Assembly (NCBI GenBank): GCA_020354945.1
Contig: CP070655.1
Location: forward strand, 439,096-453,849
Direction of reading: 5' to 3'
DNA length: 14,754 nt
From: Candidatus Omnitrophota bacterium
Lineage (GTDB): Bacteria > Omnitrophota > Gorgyraeia > JABMRG01 > JAFGKX01
In this document: positions 1 to 8,163 of the stretch, piece by piece
Position numbering within the stretch: position 1 is the stretch's first letter
Layout: each line of letters opens with the position of its first letter
Notes under the pieces: generated by a model
The model's input: the letters and a program-made list of their open reading frames with translations, nothing else
Database searches by the model: none
What the model was told of the DNA's origin: nothing
Made by a program: the position numbers and the translations under genes

Positions 1-1
1 A

Positions 2-412
2 TTGATTCCTATAAGTGTAAAATTTCGCAATTCTCAAAGAGGAATAAGTATAGGGTTGGCTGTTGATGGTTGTGATGTCAACTTTGGAGAATATGGACTA
101 CAGGCTTTAGAGAATGCCTGGCTTAAGAATACCCAGATTGAAGCAGCCAGAGTAGTGCTTACCCATCATTTAAGAGGAGGAGGGAAAGTCTGGATAAGAA
201 TTTTTCCGGATAAATCGGTTAGCAAAAAACCGGCAGAAACAAGAATGGGCAAAGGCAAAGGGATGCCTGAGTTTTGGGTAGCTGTAATAAGAAGGGGCAG
301 AGTTCTTTTTGAAGTTGAAGGAGTGCCCGGAGAGGTAGCTAAAGACGCTCTTAGGCTTGCTGCAAGCAAAATACCTTTCAAGACAAAGCTCATTGGGAGA
401 AAACACGTATGA
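2..412 (+). CDS. rplP: 50S ribosomal protein L16; true start probably at or just before the window edge
   Basis: Motifs FGEYGLQALE, QIEAAR, GGKVWIRIFPDK and ETRMGKGKG; lies upstream of rpmC. Confidence 0.97.
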   Translation: MIPISVKFRNSQRGISIGLAVDGCDVNFGEYGLQALENAWLKNTQIEAARVVLTHHLRGGGKVWIRIFPDKSVSKKPAETRMGKGKGMPEFWVAVIRRGRVLFEVEGVPGEVAKDALRLAASKIPFKTKLIGRKHV

Positions 413-624
413 GGCCGTCAGAATTAAGAGATATGACCAGGGAAGAACTTGTATCTAAACAGCTCTCCTTAAAGAAAGAACTGATGAATTTGCGCTCTTA
501 TGCCAAAATGGGCAAGCTGGAGAAGCCATCTAGAATTTCTCGAACAAGGAAAGATATAGCCAGAATTTTAACTGTTTTAAAAGAGGCAAGTTATGCAAAA
601 ACAGACAAAAAGAAAAAAGCTTAA
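409..624 (+). CDS. rpmC: 50S ribosomal protein L29
   Basis: ELRDMT..EL..LKKELMNLR and RKDIARILTVL; ATGA overlap with rplP. Confidence 0.95.
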   Translation: MRPSELRDMTREELVSKQLSLKKELMNLRSYAKMGKLEKPSRISRTRKDIARILTVLKEASYAKTDKKKKA

Positions 625-853
625 ATCTCAGGTCGGCATAGTAGTAAGTGATAAGATGAATAAAACAGCAGTTGTAAGGTTGGAGAATTTCGCTACTCAT
701 AAACTGTATAAGAAGATTATAAAGCATAGACGTAAGGTTAAGGCCCACGACCCTAAAAATGTTGCCAAGATTGGAGATAAGGTTAAAATGCTTCCAACCA
801 GGCCTTTATCGAAAGGGAAACGCTATCGCATAATAGAGGTAATTAAACAGTAA
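593..853 (+). CDS. rpsQ: 30S ribosomal protein S17
   Basis: GIVVSDKMNKT, KAHD, IGDKV and TRPLSK; overlaps the end of rpmC by 32 nt. Confidence 0.96.
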   Translation: MQKQTKRKKLKSQVGIVVSDKMNKTAVVRLENFATHKLYKKIIKHRRKVKAHDPKNVAKIGDKVKMLPTRPLSKGKRYRIIEVIKQ

Positions 854-915
854 TCAGTTGTTAGTTGTCAGTTATCAGTCTAAAGCCGATGGCTGAAAAC
901 TGAAAACTGAAGACT
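854..915. repeat. Inverted pair of 7-bp tandem arrays (TCAGTTR / NAACTGA family)
   Basis: TCAGTTG TTAGTTG TCAGTTA TCAGTC, then GCCGA TGGCTGA AAACTGA AAACTGA AGACT. Confidence 0.85.
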
Positions 916-920
916 TAAAA

Positions 921-1289
921 ATGATACATCTTAGAAGTATGTTAGAGGTTGCGGATAATACCGGGGCGCGGATTGTGCGTTGTATCGGCGTTATACATCG
1001 TTCTGAAAAAAAATATGCAGATATTGGAGACGTTGTAAGCGGTAGCGTAAGAGAAGCAACTCCTGATTCTTTAATAAAGAAGGGTGAGAAGGTTAAAGCG
1101 GTAATAGTTCGAACCCGCAATGCCATAAGGAGAAGGGATGGTTCGACATTAAAATTTGATGGGAACGCCTGTGTCCTTATAGATGAAGCGGGTAATCCGC
1201 GTGGCAGTAGAATATTTGGTCCTGTTGCACGAGAACTAAGAGAGAAACGTTTTGCAAAGATAGTATCGCTTGCGCCGGAGGTTATATAG
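921..1289 (+). CDS. rplN: 50S ribosomal protein L14
   Basis: [31 protein letters not shown] and SLAPEVI. Confidence 0.99.
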   Translation: MIHLRSMLEVADNTGARIVRCIGVIHRSEKKYADIGDVVSGSVREATPDSLIKKGEKVKAVIVRTRNAIRRRDGSTLKFDGNACVLIDEAGNPRGSRIFGPVARELREKRFAKIVSLAPEVI

Positions 1290-1465
1290 TTTTGGCATTG
1301 TTCGCTCGGCTAAAATTTTTTACCGTCTTTTTGAACTTATGGCTCGCAACTTGCCGCGATAGGAGAGAGCTTGCCGCAATAGGTAATAGCCTGCCGCAGC
1401 TCGCCATAAGTCCTAAAAAGACATTTGCCAAAAAATTTCTAATGCCTCGCTTACAATACCAAAAC
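1289..1465. repeat. 177-nt imperfect long hairpin element with TCGCTC internal loops and a triplicated apical loop motif
   Basis: GTTTTGGCATTGT (1289-1301) pairs with ACAATACCAAAAC (1453-1465). AAAATTTTTT pairs with AAAAAATTT. GTCTTTTTGAACTTATGGC (1325-1343) pairs with GCCATAAGTCCTAAAAAGAC (1403-1422). Confidence 0.85.
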
Positions 1466-1485
1466 CAACATGAGAAGGCATTGGA

Positions 1486-1794
1486 ATGAAAATAAAAAGA
1501 AATGATCAAGTAAGGGTTGTTGGGGGTAAAGACAAGGGCAAAACCGGCAAGGTCTTACGGGTTTTTCCTAAAGAAAACAAGGTAATCGTAGAAGGGATAA
1601 ATTTTATCAAGCGTCATACTCGCAAAACTCAACAAGATCAACAAGGTGGTATAGTCAAAAAAGAGGCCACCATTGATGTTTCTAACTTAAAGGTTATTTG
1701 CCCGAGGTGCAACAAACCAACAAGAATTGGGATTACTGTTTTAAGCGATGATAAAAAATCACGTTATTGTAAAAAATGTGAAGAGATATTGTGA
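1486..1794 (+). CDS. rplX: 50S ribosomal protein L24
   Basis: KOW motif (VVGGKDKGKTGKV), VEGIN and GGIVKKEATID; C-terminal CPRC...CKKC. Confidence 0.98.
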   Translation: MKIKRNDQVRVVGGKDKGKTGKVLRVFPKENKVIVEGINFIKRHTRKTQQDQQGGIVKKEATIDVSNLKVICPRCNKPTRIGITVLSDDKKSRYCKKCEEIL

Positions 1795-1802
1795 GGAGTC
1801 TT

Positions 1803-1851
1803 TAAGTTATCAGTTAAGGCTGACGACTGATAACTGATGGCTGAGAACTGA
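1803..1851. repeat. 7-bp tandem/inverted repeat (TCAGTTA / TAACTGA family)
   Basis: TAAGTTA TCAGTTA, then GGCTGA CGACTGA TAACTGA TGGCTGA GAACTGA. Confidence 0.85.
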
Positions 1852-1854
1852 AAA

Positions 1855-2400
1855 ATGATTCCACGGTTATTAGAAAGATATAGAAAAGAGGCAGTACCTT
1901 CTTTAATGCAGAAATTCGGCTATAAGAATCGCTTTCAGGTGCCTCGCATAAAAAAGATTGTGGTAAATATGGGTATAGGGGCAGGAGCTCACGATCCAAA
2001 ATTAGTTGAAGAGGCCCAGAAAGACCTGACAATGATTACAGGGCAAAGGCCTGTTGTTACTAAAGCCAAAAGAGCAATTTCTAATTTTAAGATTAGAAAG
2101 GGCTCACACGTTGGCTGTATGGTTACTTTGAGAAGAGCCAGAATGTATGAATTTTTAGACAGGCTTATCAACGTGGCATTACCAAGAATTAGAGATTTTA
2201 AAGGATTGCCTGCTAATAGTTTTGACGGGCATGGCAATTATACATTTGGCCTTTCTGAACAACTAATATTTCCTGAGATTGAGCCGGATAAAGTTTATAA
2301 AACCCAGGGCATGGATATTACTGTAAACTTAACAAAGACTACCAAAGACGTAGCTTACCAACTTCTTAAACATCTTGGCATGCCATTGAGAGAGAGGTAG
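1855..2400 (+). CDS. rplE: 50S ribosomal protein L5
   Basis: KIVVNMG, ITGQRP, VTLR..RMYEFLDRL and PRIRDFKG. Confidence 0.99.
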   Translation: MIPRLLERYRKEAVPSLMQKFGYKNRFQVPRIKKIVVNMGIGAGAHDPKLVEEAQKDLTMITGQRPVVTKAKRAISNFKIRKGSHVGCMVTLRRARMYEFLDRLINVALPRIRDFKGLPANSFDGHGNYTFGLSEQLIFPEIEPDKVYKTQGMDITVNLTKTTKDVAYQLLKHLGMPLRER

Positions 2401-2408
2401 TTAAGGGG

Positions 2409-2457
2409 TAGTCATCAGTTATCAGTTTAATACCGAAAACTGACAACTGAATACTGA
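2409..2457. repeat. 7-bp tandem/inverted repeat (TCAGTTA / AACTGA family)
   Basis: TAGTCA TCAGTTA TCAGTTT, then ACCGA AAACTGA CAACTGA ATACTGA. Confidence 0.85.
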
Positions 2458-2464
2458 AAGATAT

Positions 2465-2650
2465 ATGGCAAAAAAAGCATTAATAGAAAAACAAAGAAAG
2501 AAACCTAAATTTAAGGTGAGAGCTTACAATCGTTGCCAAAGGTGCGGCAGGCCTAGAGGGTACATTAGGAAATTTAAATTGTGTAGAATTTGTTTTAGGG
2601 AATTAGCATCCAGAGGTGAAATACCAGGCGTTACAAAGGCAAGTTGGTAA
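2465..2650 (+). CDS. rpsN: 30S ribosomal protein S14, short zinc-binding (type Z) form
   Basis: 61 aa; [19 protein letters not shown] and IPGVTKASW. Confidence 0.99.
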   Translation: MAKKALIEKQRKKPKFKVRAYNRCQRCGRPRGYIRKFKLCRICFRELASRGEIPGVTKASW

Positions 2651-2651
2651 G

Positions 2652-2731
2652 TCAGTTGTCGGTTATCGGTCTTCAGTATTCAGATAATAAAATTAAAAAC
2701 TGATAACTGATGACTGAAAACTGGGGACCGA
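2652..2731. repeat. Inverted pair of 7-bp tandem arrays, about 5 units per arm
   Basis: TCAGTTG TCGGTTA TCGGTCT TCAGTAT TCAG, an AT-rich loop, then CTGA TAACTGA TGACTGA AAACTGG GGACCGA. Confidence 0.87.
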
Positions 2732-2744
2732 TATAGGAGTTAAT

Positions 2745-3149
2745 ATGAGTACGACAGATCCGATAGCCAATTTCTTAACATTAATAAGAAATGCATTGAA
2801 AGCCAGAAAGGCAAATGTAGATTGTCCTTCGTCAAATATTAAAGAACAGATGTCCCAAATATTAAAAAGGGAAGGTTATATCAGAAATTTCAAAAAAATA
2901 GAAGATAACAAACAGGGAATATTAAGAATTTACCTAAAATATGGTAAAGATAAACAGAGAACCCCTGCGATAAGTAATCTTAAAAGGATCTCTTCGCCAA
3001 GCTTAAGGATTTATGAAAAATCAGACCAGGTCAAATCTGTATTGGGTGGGATAGGCATCGCCATTGTATCGACATCAAAGGGCATTAGAACAGACAAAGA
3101 ATGTAGAGATATTAAGATTGGAGGGGAGGTTCTTTGCCATATATGGTGA
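2745..3149 (+). CDS. rpsH: 30S ribosomal protein S8
   Basis: TDPIANFLTLIRNA, LKREGYI, GIAIVSTSKG and GGEVLC; AGGAG Shine-Dalgarno upstream. Confidence 0.99.
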   Translation: MSTTDPIANFLTLIRNALKARKANVDCPSSNIKEQMSQILKREGYIRNFKKIEDNKQGILRIYLKYGKDKQRTPAISNLKRISSPSLRIYEKSDQVKSVLGGIGIAIVSTSKGIRTDKECRDIKIGGEVLCHIW

Positions 3150-3152
3150 AAG

Positions 3153-3168
3153 AGGATTAAGGATTAAG
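3153..3168. repeat. AGGATTA heptamer, 2 copies
   Basis: AGGATTA AGGATTA AG; the same unit recurs at 8427-8456. Confidence 0.6.
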
Positions 3169-3176
3169 TAGAGAAA

Positions 3177-3713
3177 ATGTCCAGAATAGGAAAAAGACCT
3201 ATTAATATACCTGAAGGGGCGAAAGTTAGAAAACGAGACAATGTAGTTTACGTTGAAGGCCCAAAAGGCAAATTGGATTATTCCTTGATGCAGGGGATAG
3301 ATGTCGACATTAAAGATAATACAATTGCTGTAATTAGGTCTTCCGACGATAAACAGCACCGGGCATTACATGGACTAGCTAGAGCGCTGATTGCAAATAT
3401 GATAAAAGGAGTGATGGAAGGTTTTTCTAAGCAGTTAGAGATTATAGGGGTAGGTTTCAAAGCCCAGGTTTCCGGCAAAAAACTCACATTAAACCTTGGA
3501 TTTTCTCACACGATAGAATACAGGATACCGGATGGCATTGCCATAGAGACTCCAAAACCTACCCAAATTGTAGTTAAGGGCATTGATAAGCAGGCTGTCG
3601 GAGAAACGGCTGCGGAGATAAGGGATTTTTACAAACCTGAGCCATATAAGGGTAAAGGCATAAGATATGTCGGTGAATATGTGAGGAAGAAAGCAGGAAA
3701 GACGGTAGCATAA
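3177..3713 (+). CDS. rplF: 50S ribosomal protein L6
   Basis: MSRIGKRPI, GPKGKL, LGFSH and PEPYKGKGIRY. Confidence 0.99.
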   Translation: MSRIGKRPINIPEGAKVRKRDNVVYVEGPKGKLDYSLMQGIDVDIKDNTIAVIRSSDDKQHRALHGLARALIANMIKGVMEGFSKQLEIIGVGFKAQVSGKKLTLNLGFSHTIEYRIPDGIAIETPKPTQIVVKGIDKQAVGETAAEIRDFYKPEPYKGKGIRYVGEYVRKKAGKTVA

Positions 3714-3717
3714 AAGA

Positions 3718-3745
3718 TAAAAATTCAAAATTTAAAATTAAAAAT
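3718..3745. repeat. TNAAAAT heptamer, 4 copies
   Basis: TAAAAAT TCAAAAT TTAAAAT TAAAAAT. Confidence 0.6.
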
Positions 3746-3755
3746 TAGAGAGAAG

Positions 3756-4142
3756 ATGAAGATAAAAGACGCAAGACGAAGAAGATATTTAAGGGGAAAG
3801 AAGAAATTGCTTGGCACAAAAGAGAAACCTCGCCTTTGTATATATAGGAGCCTTAATAATATGACTGCTCAATTAATAGATGATGTCGAAGGCAAGACAT
3901 TGTTGTCTGTCTCTACGCTGGATAAAAGATTGAGAGATAATTTTTCCGCCAAAGGCGGATCTGCCTCTGGCAGAAAACGCAATGGTAATATTACCGCTTC
4001 TAGGGCATTGGGCGAGCTTTTAGCTAAAGAAGCTCAGAAGGCAAATATGAAACAGGTCAAATTTGATAAAAGTGGCTATCTTTATCACGGAAGAGTAAAA
4101 GAGTTTGCAGAAGCTTGCCGTAAAAACGGTTTGCGGTTTTAG
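3756..4142 (+). CDS. rplR: 50S ribosomal protein L18 with a 10-aa palindrome-derived insertion
   Basis: PRLCIYRS, AQLIDD..GKTL and FDKSGYLYHGRVK. Confidence 0.98.
   Translation: MKIKDARRRRYLRGKKKLLGTKEKPRLCIYRSLNNMTAQLIDDVEGKTLLSVSTLDKRLRDNFSAKGGSASGRKRNGNITASRALGELLAKEAQKANMKQVKFDKSGYLYHGRVKEFAEACRKNGLRF
3945..3974. repeat. 30-nt double mini-hairpin element, in frame within rplR
   Basis: TCCGCC-AAA-GGCGGA followed by TCTGCC-TCT-GGCAGA; encodes SAKGGSASGR. Confidence 0.85.
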
Positions 4143-4147
4143 TAGAA

Positions 4148-4193
4148 GGTTCAGACACTGGGAATTGCTAATGCGCATCATAGTGTCTGACCC
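4148..4193. repeat. REP-like hairpin of the GGGTCAGAC...GTCTGACCC family
   Basis: GGTTCAGACACTG pairs with TAGTGTCTGACCC; followed by ATAC, as is the copy at 8600-8646. Confidence 0.75.
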
Positions 4194-4216
4194 ATACGAA
4201 GTGTTTGGAGGCTAAC

Positions 4217-4786
4217 TTGGCAGAGAAGAAAGACCAAAAAGAATTTAAAAAAGACGAGGCAGACAAAAAATCAGCCAAAGAGCTAAAAGAGGCTATTCCT
4301 CGAGAATTAAAAAAGACTTACCAGGAAATACATCCTGAGGAAGAGACTGTTGAGAAGGTAATTTCCATTAAACGAACCACTAAGGTTACAAAGGGAGGCC
4401 GAAAATTAAATTTTGGTGCAGTGGTAGTAGTAGGAGATAAAAAGGGCAATGTTGGCTGTGGTTTCGGGAAAGCAAATGAGGTTCCCAATGCGATTAAAAA
4501 GGGTATCAATGACGCTAAAAAGAATATGATAAATGTCCCTGTCAAAGGAAGCACTATACCCCATGAGGTGATTGGCAGATATGGCGCAGCCGTTGTGCTT
4601 CTTAAACCAGCGGCAGAAGGTACAGGCGTCATCGCAGGTAACGTTATAAGGCCGGTTTGCGATGCAGCAGGCATAAAAGATATATTAACCAAGTGCCTAA
4701 AATCGCAGACGCCATCAAATGTTATAAAGGCAACTATGGACGGACTAAAAAAGTTGCGTTTTAAGAATGAGTTGTTAGAAGAATAG
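4217..4786 (+). CDS. rpsE: 30S ribosomal protein S5 with a charged N-terminal extension; TTG start
   Basis: [27 protein letters not shown] and GTGVIAG. GGAGG at 4207-4211 favours TTG 4217 over TTG 4205. Confidence 0.95.
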   Translation: MAEKKDQKEFKKDEADKKSAKELKEAIPRELKKTYQEIHPEEETVEKVISIKRTTKVTKGGRKLNFGAVVVVGDKKGNVGCGFGKANEVPNAIKKGINDAKKNMINVPVKGSTIPHEVIGRYGAAVVLLKPAAEGTGVIAGNVIRPVCDAAGIKDILTKCLKSQTPSNVIKATMDGLKKLRFKNELLEE

Positions 4787-4839
4787 CACCGTTTTTGAAG
4801 CGTCCCTAACCTGGATGCTTTCAGAAACGGTGCATTCTT
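4779..4839. repeat. Long hairpin overlapping the rpsE stop, at the usual rpmD position
   Basis: AAGAAT-A-GCACCGTTTTTGAAGCGTCC pairs with GGATGCTTTCAGAAACGGTGC-ATTCTT around a 7-nt loop. Confidence 0.8.
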
Positions 4840-4854
4840 AGAGGAAGAGCTTGA

Positions 4855-5307
4855 ATGAAAATACAGGACATGAAATCCCCTAAAGGCGCCAGGAAACCCA
4901 AGAGAAGAAAAGGCAGAGGGATGGGTTCTGGCAGAGGTAAAACTGGTGGCAGAGGCAACAAAGGGCAAAAGTCAAGGTCAGGTTCAAAGCGGACCTTTGG
5001 CTTCGAGGGCGGCCAGATGCCATTAATGAGGAGGATCCCAAAAAGAGGATTTAGGCCAAGAGAAAAAAAAGAATATTCGATTATTAATTTAGAGAAATTA
5101 AATATTTTTAAAGAGGGGACTTATATAACCCCGTCTTTATTAAAAAATAAAAGATTAATAAAAACTATAAAAAAACCCATAAAGATTTTAGGCAAAGGAA
5201 AGCTTAAAAAAAAGTTGGCAGTGAACGCAGATAGTTTTTCAATGTCCGCAAAAGCTGCGATTGAAAAAACAGGGGGAAGCATTGAAAGGATTAAGAAAGT
5301 GCCGTAA
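4855..5307 (+). CDS. rplO: 50S ribosomal protein L15
   Basis: GRGMGSGRGKTGGRGNKGQKSRSG, FEGGQMPL and KILGKG. Confidence 0.99.
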   Translation: MKIQDMKSPKGARKPKRRKGRGMGSGRGKTGGRGNKGQKSRSGSKRTFGFEGGQMPLMRRIPKRGFRPREKKEYSIINLEKLNIFKEGTYITPSLLKNKRLIKTIKKPIKILGKGKLKKKLAVNADSFSMSAKAAIEKTGGSIERIKKVP

Positions 5308-5323
5308 ACGGTACTAAAAAAAG

Positions 5324-6673
5324 ATGTTAGCAGCTTTAGCTAATATATTAAAAGTACCTGATCTAAGAAAGAAAATATTTCTTACATTTGGGTTGGTAGC
5401 TGTTTATAGAATAGGCTGTTTTGTCCCTACTCCAGGTATAGACGGGGCAGCATTAGCGCAGTTCTTTGATAATATAGCCAGGACAACCGGCGGCACACTC
5501 TTTGGCATTATGAATCTGTTCAGTGGGGGAGCTATGCGGAATATGACCATATTTGCTTTAGGTATTATGCCGTATATATCCAGCTCCATCATTATGCAAC
5601 TGCTCACTACAGTTATACCGCAGCTTGAGCGATTAGCCAAAGAAGGCGGGGAAGAGGGCAGAAGAAAGATTACTCAATATACCCGATATGGCACGGTAAT
5701 TCTGGCTGTAATACAATCTACTTTTATTAGTCTATGGTTGGAAAACCCGGCCCATTTTCAAGGTGTCCAGATAGTTCAATTTCCGGGCTGGGGCTTTAGA
5801 TTATTAACAGTTTTAACTTTAGCCAGCGGCACTGCATTTATAATGTGGTTAGGCGAACAAATAACCGAATATGGTATTGGTAATGGTATGTCGCTTATTA
5901 TCACGGCTAGTATAATATCACGATTGCCTACAGCGACAAATCAACTATTTTTGTTGGTATCGCCTTTTGCGCCAGCCAGAAGGCAGATAGATGTGCTTAC
6001 CTTGATAGCAATGGTAATTATTATGGTTGGGGTTATTGTCGCAGTAGTTGTAATTACCCAGGGACAGCGCAGAATACCGGTGCAATATGCCAAGAGAATA
6101 ATTGGCAGAAAGGTTTACGGCGGCCAAAGCACATATATTCCTTTCAGGGTAAATCATGCCGGGGTTATACCGATTATATTCGCGCAATCTTTATTACTTT
6201 TTCCGGCAACAATTGCTGGTTTTTTTCCTAATCCCACATTCCAGAAGATGGCTAATGCGCTGATGAAAGGAAACATTCTTTATTTTACAATGTATTCTGG
6301 TTTGATAGTATTTTTCTGTTATTTTTATACCGCAATTACATTTAATCCTGTAGACGTGGCTGATAATATGAAAAAATACGGAGGATTTATCCCTGGCGTA
6401 AGGCCGGGTAAGCCTACGGCAAGTTATTTTGATAGAATATTGACAAGAGTTACATTGCCTGGAGCTATATTTTTGGCTTTGATAGCTATATTCCCAAGAA
6501 TAATATCAAGATGGCTAAACATACCCTTTTTAATAGCCAGTTTCTTCGGCGGAACAGCCTTACTAATTACAGTTGGGGTTATGTTAGATACAATGAAACA
6601 GATTGAATCCCAGCTTTTAATGAGACATTATGAGGGATTTTTGAGGAAAGGTAAATTGAGGTCGAGGAGATGA
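5324..6673 (+). CDS. secY: Preprotein translocase subunit SecY
   Basis: FALGIMPYI, WLGEQITEYGIGNG, GVIPIIFA and GGFIPGVRPG; multiple hydrophobic segments. Confidence 0.99.
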   Translation: MLAALANILKVPDLRKKIFLTFGLVAVYRIGCFVPTPGIDGAALAQFFDNIARTTGGTLFGIMNLFSGGAMRNMTIFALGIMPYISSSIIMQLLTTVIPQLERLAKEGGEEGRRKITQYTRYGTVILAVIQSTFISLWLENPAHFQGVQIVQFPGWGFRLLTVLTLASGTAFIMWLGEQITEYGIGNGMSLIITASIISRLPTATNQLFLLVSPFAPARRQIDVLTLIAMVIIMVGVIVAVVVITQGQRRIPVQYAKRIIGRKVYGGQSTYIPFRVNHAGVIPIIFAQSLLLFPATIAGFFPNPTFQKMANALMKGNILYFTMYSGLIVFFCYFYTAITFNPVDVADNMKKYGGFIPGVRPGKPTASYFDRILTRVTLPGAIFLALIAIFPRIISRWLNIPFLIASFFGGTALLITVGVMLDTMKQIESQLLMRHYEGFLRKGKLRSRR

Positions 6674-6676
6674 ATC

Positions 6677-6711
6677 CGTATGTCGTATGTCGTATATCGT
6701 ATGTCGTATTT
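6677..6711. repeat. CGTATGT heptamer, 5 copies
   Basis: CGTATGT CGTATGT CGTATAT CGTATGT CGTATTT. Confidence 0.9.
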
Positions 6712-6734
6712 GAAAAGAGGATTAAACGCTAAGT

Positions 6735-7391
6735 ATGCGATTAATATTGTTAGGGCCTCCAGGGGCTGGTAAGGGAACGCAGGCGAAGGTTCTTTCTCAA
6801 AAATTAAACCTAGTTCATCTTTCGACAGGAGATATATTTAGAGAGTCTGCTAAAAGGCCAGATGAAATTGGACAAAGATTAACCGGATATATGCAACGAG
6901 GACAATTAGTGCCGGATGAGATAGTAAATCAAATTGTGATAGAGAAGCTAAAGGATAAACGTATTCAGAACAGGTTTATACTCGATGGCTACCCGAGGAC
7001 AAAAACTCAAGCTACTTCCCTCGATGAATTTTTAGCAATTAATAAAATTCCGTTAGATATGGTTGTTTATATGCAGACATCAGAACAGGTCATAATAGAT
7101 CGCTTAACAGGTCGCCGGATTTGCGGAAAATGCGGCGCTAATTACCATATAAAGAATATACTGCCTAAAAAAGATGGGATATGCGATATATGCGGAGGGA
7201 GGCTTATCCAGCGCGACGACGATAAGAAAGAAACTGTTTTAAAAAGAATAAAAGTGTATAATCAGCAAACAGCAGGATTAATAGATTATTATAAAAATAA
7301 GGGGTTTTTGCATACTGTTTCAGGAGATTTAGAAGTAGATAGGTTATACAAGATTCTTCACGAGCTCTTTAACGAAGAGGGACTGATATAA
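6735..7391 (+). CDS. adk: Adenylate kinase, with a four-cysteine zinc-type LID
   Basis: GPPGAGKGTQA, HLSTGDIFR, ILDGYPRT, CGKC...CDIC and QRDDD. Confidence 0.99.
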   Translation: MRLILLGPPGAGKGTQAKVLSQKLNLVHLSTGDIFRESAKRPDEIGQRLTGYMQRGQLVPDEIVNQIVIEKLKDKRIQNRFILDGYPRTKTQATSLDEFLAINKIPLDMVVYMQTSEQVIIDRLTGRRICGKCGANYHIKNILPKKDGICDICGGRLIQRDDDKKETVLKRIKVYNQQTAGLIDYYKNKGFLHTVSGDLEVDRLYKILHELFNEEGLI

Positions 7392-7415
7392 AATAAATCC
7401 AAAAATCATTTTTTT

Positions 7416-8162
7416 ATGATACATTATAAATCAAAAGATGAAATAGAAAAGATGCATAAGGCGGGGATTATTGTAGCGAAAACATTAGCCATGCTAACTG
7501 ACATGATAATGCCGGGAATGACTACCGGACAACTGGACGAAAGAGCAGCTGAACTGATCGGTAAACTAAAAGGCAGGTGCGCCTTTAATGGTTATAGGGG
7601 ATTCCCTAAAAATATATGCACTTCAATAAATGAAGAAATAGTACATGGTATACCAGGCACACGAAGATTAAAAGAAGCCGACATAATAAGCATTGATACC
7701 GGAGTTGAACTGGATGGGTTTTATGGAGACGCCGCAATAACTGTAGGTGTTGGAGAAATTTCTCCTGAGGCTAAAAGATTACTGGATGTGACCAAAGGAG
7801 CCCTCTATAAAGGTATTGCAATGGCAACTGTTAATAACAGACTTTCTGATATATCGTGTGCTGTACAAGAGGAAGCAGAATTAAATGCTTTTTCCGTTGT
7901 AAGAGAATTTGTTGGCCATGGCATAGGTTCAGACTTGCATGAGGATCCACAAATACCGAATTTTGGACAACCACATATGGGCCCTGCGCTAAAACCCGGG
8001 ATGGTGTTAGCAATAGAGCCGATGATTAATATAGGAACTTATAAAGTGGATATACTTAAAGATGGCTGGACAGCTGTTACGGCTGATAGAAAACTTTCAG
8101 CGCATTTTGAGCACACTGTTGCTATTACAGAGGATGGGCCCAGGATATTGACGGAGTTATGA
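7416..8162 (+). CDS. map: Methionine aminopeptidase, type I
   Basis: CTSINEEIVHGIP, DGFYGDAA, GHGIG..LHEDP, AIEPM and SAHFEHT. Confidence 0.99.
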   Translation: MIHYKSKDEIEKMHKAGIIVAKTLAMLTDMIMPGMTTGQLDERAAELIGKLKGRCAFNGYRGFPKNICTSINEEIVHGIPGTRRLKEADIISIDTGVELDGFYGDAAITVGVGEISPEAKRLLDVTKGALYKGIAMATVNNRLSDISCAVQEEAELNAFSVVREFVGHGIGSDLHEDPQIPNFGQPHMGPALKPGMVLAIEPMINIGTYKVDILKDGWTAVTADRKLSAHFEHTVAITEDGPRILTEL

Positions 8163-8163
8163 A

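Noticed and set aside
1349-1402. Possible mini-CRISPR array
   Set aside because: The 20-nt period is far too short for repeat plus spacer, the repeats are degenerate, and there are no cas genes.
1292-1489. 65-aa ORF between rplN and rplX
   Set aside because: It coincides with the hairpin element, has a TTG start without a Shine-Dalgarno and no recognisable motif. Not called as a gene.
1795-1900. S8 autoregulatory site at the start of rplE
   Set aside because: I could not identify the expected 16S-like internal-loop helix by eye; the spacer is explained by heptamer repeats.
4318-4968. 216-aa minus-strand ORF and the other antisense ORFs in the track
   Set aside because: These are shadows of conserved plus-strand genes with no recognisable motifs.
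5298-5315. Small hairpins over stop codons (AGTGCCGT-AA-ACGGTACT here; GGGTTTAA-GTT-TTAAACCC at 14052-14070) as terminators
   Set aside because: Neither has a downstream U tract on the + strand, and the next gene follows within about 16 nt; too short to assign a function.
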